Assembly (NCBI GenBank): GCA_036170245.1
Contig: JAVHOV010000002.1
Coordinates: forward strand, 42,338 to 60,661
From: an archaeon
Lineage (GTDB): Archaea > Iainarchaeota > Iainarchaeia > Iainarchaeales > JAAZKV01
Direction of reading: 5' to 3'
DNA length: 18,324 bases
The notes below the pieces were generated by a model. That model ran no database searches. It was not told the DNA's origin and saw only the letters and a program-made list of their open reading frames with translations. Shown in pieces: positions 15,781-18,324 of the stretch. Numbering within the stretch: the stretch's first letter is position 1; the number at the start of each line of letters is the position of its first letter. The position numbers were made by a program, and so were the translations under genes.

Positions 15781-16587
15781 TATATCAGTCAAAGAATCGT
15801 AAAGGGAAAAAAATATTATTACTTGGAAGAATCTTTTGAATATAAAAAAAAGCTAGTGAAAGAAAGTGTATATTTTGGCTCAATGTACCCTTCAAACGAT
15901 GAGATTTTTTTAGGTTACGAAGTTTTGAAGAGAACATGCCTTGCAAGAAATCACACCGTAATTGTTCCACCATTAACTGAGTTTATCAGAAACAGGACTG
16001 CAAGAATACTTGAAGAAAATAAAAACAGATACTTGAACTATACTAAAAAGTTAAATAAAAAAGAAATCCAAAAAATAACTGAAGAAAAAATAAATAATTT
16101 AAATCAAATTTCGTTAGTCTTGGAAAACCCCGACATAAATAAAAAAAATCTAAAAAATTTATTTGATTACTATGCTGAAGGTATTGCAAAAAACGAACCC
16201 TTAACAGAAATTAAAATAAAGAAAATGTATTCACTAATTTTAGGCCACAATGAAATTGAAAATTGGAATTATGATTCAAAAGTACTTCACCTGTTTTTAA
16301 CTTGGTACAAAGAGAAAAATGATTTAATTTATCAGATCGAATTTGCAGCAAAATTTTGCGCAAAGTTTTATAATTTAAAATTATTTCAAGAAAACAATTT
16401 AATTTTATCAGTTATTTTGATGAACTATATTTTGGAGCAAAAAGGTTTTCCTTACTGCATTATCCAAAAGAAAAGAATTAGCACATTTAATAAAGCGATT
16501 GAGAATTCAGGAGAAGAAAATTTTAAACCAATTACTGATTTTTTGATTAAAGAAGAAATTAAAACAACGAGAAAAATTAGCAATTAA
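15775..16587 (+). CDS. Fic/Fido-fold protein with degenerate catalytic motif and basic N-terminal beta-hairpin domain
   Basis: IEFAAKF...F...-KLFQENNLI-LSVILMNYIL...GFP..II matches the Fic core context, but HPFxDGNGR is replaced; N-terminus KGKKYYYLEES.......KESVYFG. Confidence 0.75.
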   Translation: MSYISQRIVKGKKYYYLEESFEYKKKLVKESVYFGSMYPSNDEIFLGYEVLKRTCLARNHTVIVPPLTEFIRNRTARILEENKNRYLNYTKKLNKKEIQKITEEKINNLNQISLVLENPDINKKNLKNLFDYYAEGIAKNEPLTEIKIKKMYSLILGHNEIENWNYDSKVLHLFLTWYKEKNDLIYQIEFAAKFCAKFYNLKLFQENNLILSVILMNYILEQKGFPYCIIQKKRISTFNKAIENSGEENFKPITDFLIKEEIKTTRKISN

Positions 16588-16613
16588 TCCAAATTAATTT
16601 TAATAAAAAATAA

Positions 16614-17009
16614 TTAATTTACAATTACTTCAAGCCCAAAGTTTCTCATAATTAATTCTTTTACTCTTCTTATTCTTGAATTATTTTTGAATGCTTTTGC
16701 TTTTGAAGAGAAGTCAAGATTAATTATTAACTTCTTTGCATTAGTTTTTGCTGAAAGAAAATTTACTTCCATTGCATTTGCAAATACATCTTCTGCTTTT
16801 TCAAAGTACGGGACAAATTCTATTTTTTTGTTTAATTTGTTTTGAAGTTCTTTAACATTAACCGCTGCTTTTCCAATTGCTTTTCCCATTAATTGTTCAG
16901 GAACAAAAAAAGACACAAGTGTTTCCTCTACAAGACAATCTTTTGGCATTACCCCAGTCACTTGATTTAATGCATTCATTAGCATTATTTCATTCATACT
17001 TAATTTCAT
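16614..17009 (-). CDS. nusA: Archaeal NusA (two KH domains, divergent)
   Basis: MKLS..EI..M..L...TG..PKDC, MGKAIGK, L.KKIEFV; position directly after rpl30e. Confidence 0.9.
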   Translation of the reverse strand: MKLSMNEIMLMNALNQVTGVMPKDCLVEETLVSFFVPEQLMGKAIGKAAVNVKELQNKLNKKIEFVPYFEKAEDVFANAMEVNFLSAKTNAKKLIINLDFSSKAKAFKNNSRIRRVKELIMRNFGLEVIVN

Positions 17010-17060
17010 AAAAAAACACCCGTTTTAATTTTTAAAAAATAAAAAAAGCTTGAATTGTTT

Positions 17061-17357
17061 TCACAATTCAAGAACTTTACTTTTTCCTGCATCTAAAATT
17101 AACATTACTGATACTGTAAATGGCTTTCCACAAACACTACCTAAAACAAGCCCAGTGTCGAAGTATTCATAAAACTTTTTTCCTTCAACAACCACTAATT
17201 GTTTTAGTGTTTCTTTTTCGTTTGTTGGCATGTTTTTACTTACAATAATCATTTCGCCTTGTCCGGCCAAAATATTTTTTCTCGCAACTTTTGTTCCGAA
17301 AACTACTTTTCCGGTATCAACTGCTCTTCTTATTTCCTTATTTGCTTCAATATCCAT
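17061..17357 (-). CDS. rpl30e: 50S ribosomal protein eL30
   Basis: IRRAVDTGKVVFG, LG.VCGKPF.VS...I.DAG.S.VL; AGGTGA RBS supports ATG 17357. Confidence 0.96.
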   Translation of the reverse strand: MDIEANKEIRRAVDTGKVVFGTKVARKNILAGQGEMIIVSKNMPTNEKETLKQLVVVEGKKFYEYFDTGLVLGSVCGKPFTVSVMLILDAGKSKVLEL

Positions 17358-17396
17358 TCTTTTCACCTTTTTGAAAAATTTTAGGACATTAAGAAC

Positions 17397-17498
17397 GAGT
17401 AAAATATTTCCTTACTCCAAAAAAAACTTCAATTCAATGAAGCCCTTTCTTCTCAAGGTCTTAAACTTAAAATAACTAATTTAAGGAGAATTTATAAA
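17397..17498 (-). promoter_or_regulatory. TATA box and hairpin leader of rpl30e-nusA
   Basis: TTTATAAA 17491-17498; stems 17448-17438/17431-17421 and 17417-17410/17404-17397 with sense-strand G-U pairs. Confidence 0.45.
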
Positions 17499-17531
17499 TG
17501 TCTGGTTTTTTAAATAAAAAAAGGGTCAAGT

Positions 17532-18270
17532 TTAATTTGAAGGGTATAACTTAGTTATTCTGATTTTATAGTTATTTTCAGTAATAATTTTATTTTGATC
17601 ATCAGGACTTACTATATACAAAGGATTTGATTCCCTAAACACCAAATCAATATCAAGCGAATTATCCAACAACCTACAATAACTAAATTCATCAATTTTT
17701 TCAAATGAAGAATCACTAATAGGAGTAACATTATCTATCAAATCAAATATAGAATTACAATCAACCTCTTGACCTTGTGCAGTTAAATTCTTCAAATTAA
17801 CAGCATACTTTCTCGCTTCATAAACCGCCTTAAGAAATCTCAAAGGAATTTCAATTTTCAAATTCTTCTTCTCAAAAATAGGAATACTACCCACAATTTT
17901 TTGAGACCCGACAGTTCCATCGCCACTCATTAAATCTGTCGCAAGTATCTTAGGAAGTGAATTTAATTCAGAATCAGTTAAATTACTTAAAGGATAATTC
18001 AAAGTAAGAGTTCCTTCCGCACACGCACCTTCACTACAATTGTTTATTGTTATAAATTCAAATCCATCCCCGCCCCTTTTAACTGAAGTATTCAATAACT
18101 CTAAAATCTTTTGTTTATTTTTTTTGTCAAAAGAAAAAGCATAAGCGTAAAAATTACTAGTGCCATATTCCCCAACAGTATACTGTGAAAAATAGCTATT
18201 AAAAAAATTCTCTGCTAAAAATTGATCAACAGCACTAAAAGACCCATTAGAGTCCATCAAAAACACAACT
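17532..18270 (-). pseudogene. Hypothetical protein, probably the 3' part of a gene interrupted by an IS insertion
   Basis: Frame is open right up to the IS end at 18270/18271; first upstream stop lies inside the IS end; no RBS before GTG 18266 or ATG 18257. Confidence 0.55.
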
Positions 18271-18324
18271 GTGAATTACCACACCCTAAAGGGTGTGGCT
18301 TCTTATTGTTAGCGCGTTTAGAAC
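18271..18324 (-). mobile_element. Right end of an IS200/IS605-family (TnpB-type) element; remainder outside the window
   Basis: Minus strand GAAGCCACACCC-TTTA-GGGTGTGG-TAATTCAC matches the characteristic GAAGCC-hairpin-TAxTTCAC end; 8-bp GC-rich stem 18279-18286/18291-18298. Confidence 0.78.

Noticed and set aside
3474..17475. Other short alternative ORFs (e.g. 6400-6750, 9919-10251, 13569-14051, 11973-12170, 15785-15973, 17230-17475)
   Set aside because: Each overlaps a well-supported gene, nearly all in antisense; composition is that of reverse-frame translation.
1..18324. CRISPR array or recoded stop codons
   Set aside because: No regularly spaced direct repeats seen; conserved genes are full length under the standard code and end at TAA, TAG or TGA.
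18268..18324. IStron (self-splicing IS) or plus-strand IscB left-end reading of the terminal hairpin
   Set aside because: Only 54 nt are visible, with no group I intron core; the GAAGCC...TTCAC orientation fits a TnpB right end better, though this cannot be settled without the neighbouring sequence.

Overview
AT-rich archaeal DNA. The DPANN/Iainarchaeota-like assignment is an inference from gene style (GGTGA/GGAGG ribosome-binding sites, TATA boxes, archaeal EF-1alpha/EF-2, Cys-rich 'GC' lipoprotein). Almost all genes are on the minus strand. Read in transcription order (right to left): a TnpB/IS200-IS605-type right end abutting a 5'-truncated ORF; rpl30e-nusA; an opposite-strand Fic-like gene with a dead catalytic motif; rps12-rps7-EF-2; a surface lipoprotein; EF-1alpha-rps10; an AbrB/PIN toxin-antitoxin pair, guanine deaminase, small membrane protein, archease and RtcB; two more membrane proteins; a large Ig-repeat surface protein; then rpl3-rpl4. 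Most notable: (1) sense-strand-specific structured RNA leaders in front of several translation genes, some sharing a GGUGA-(N0-3)-GC motif; (2) natural substitutions in both conserved decoding loops of uS12 (PNSA->PNSG, GDxPG->GDLWG); (3) a PIN RNase sitting next to an RNA-repair ligase and its cofactor; (4) a pseudo-Fic with a putative DNA-binding N-terminus, divergent from rps12 across repeated ATGAG sites; (5) a PIN frame with no start codon at the domain boundary and an in-phase A-AAA-AAA slip site. No database searches or folding programs were run; all calls come from motifs read by eye.
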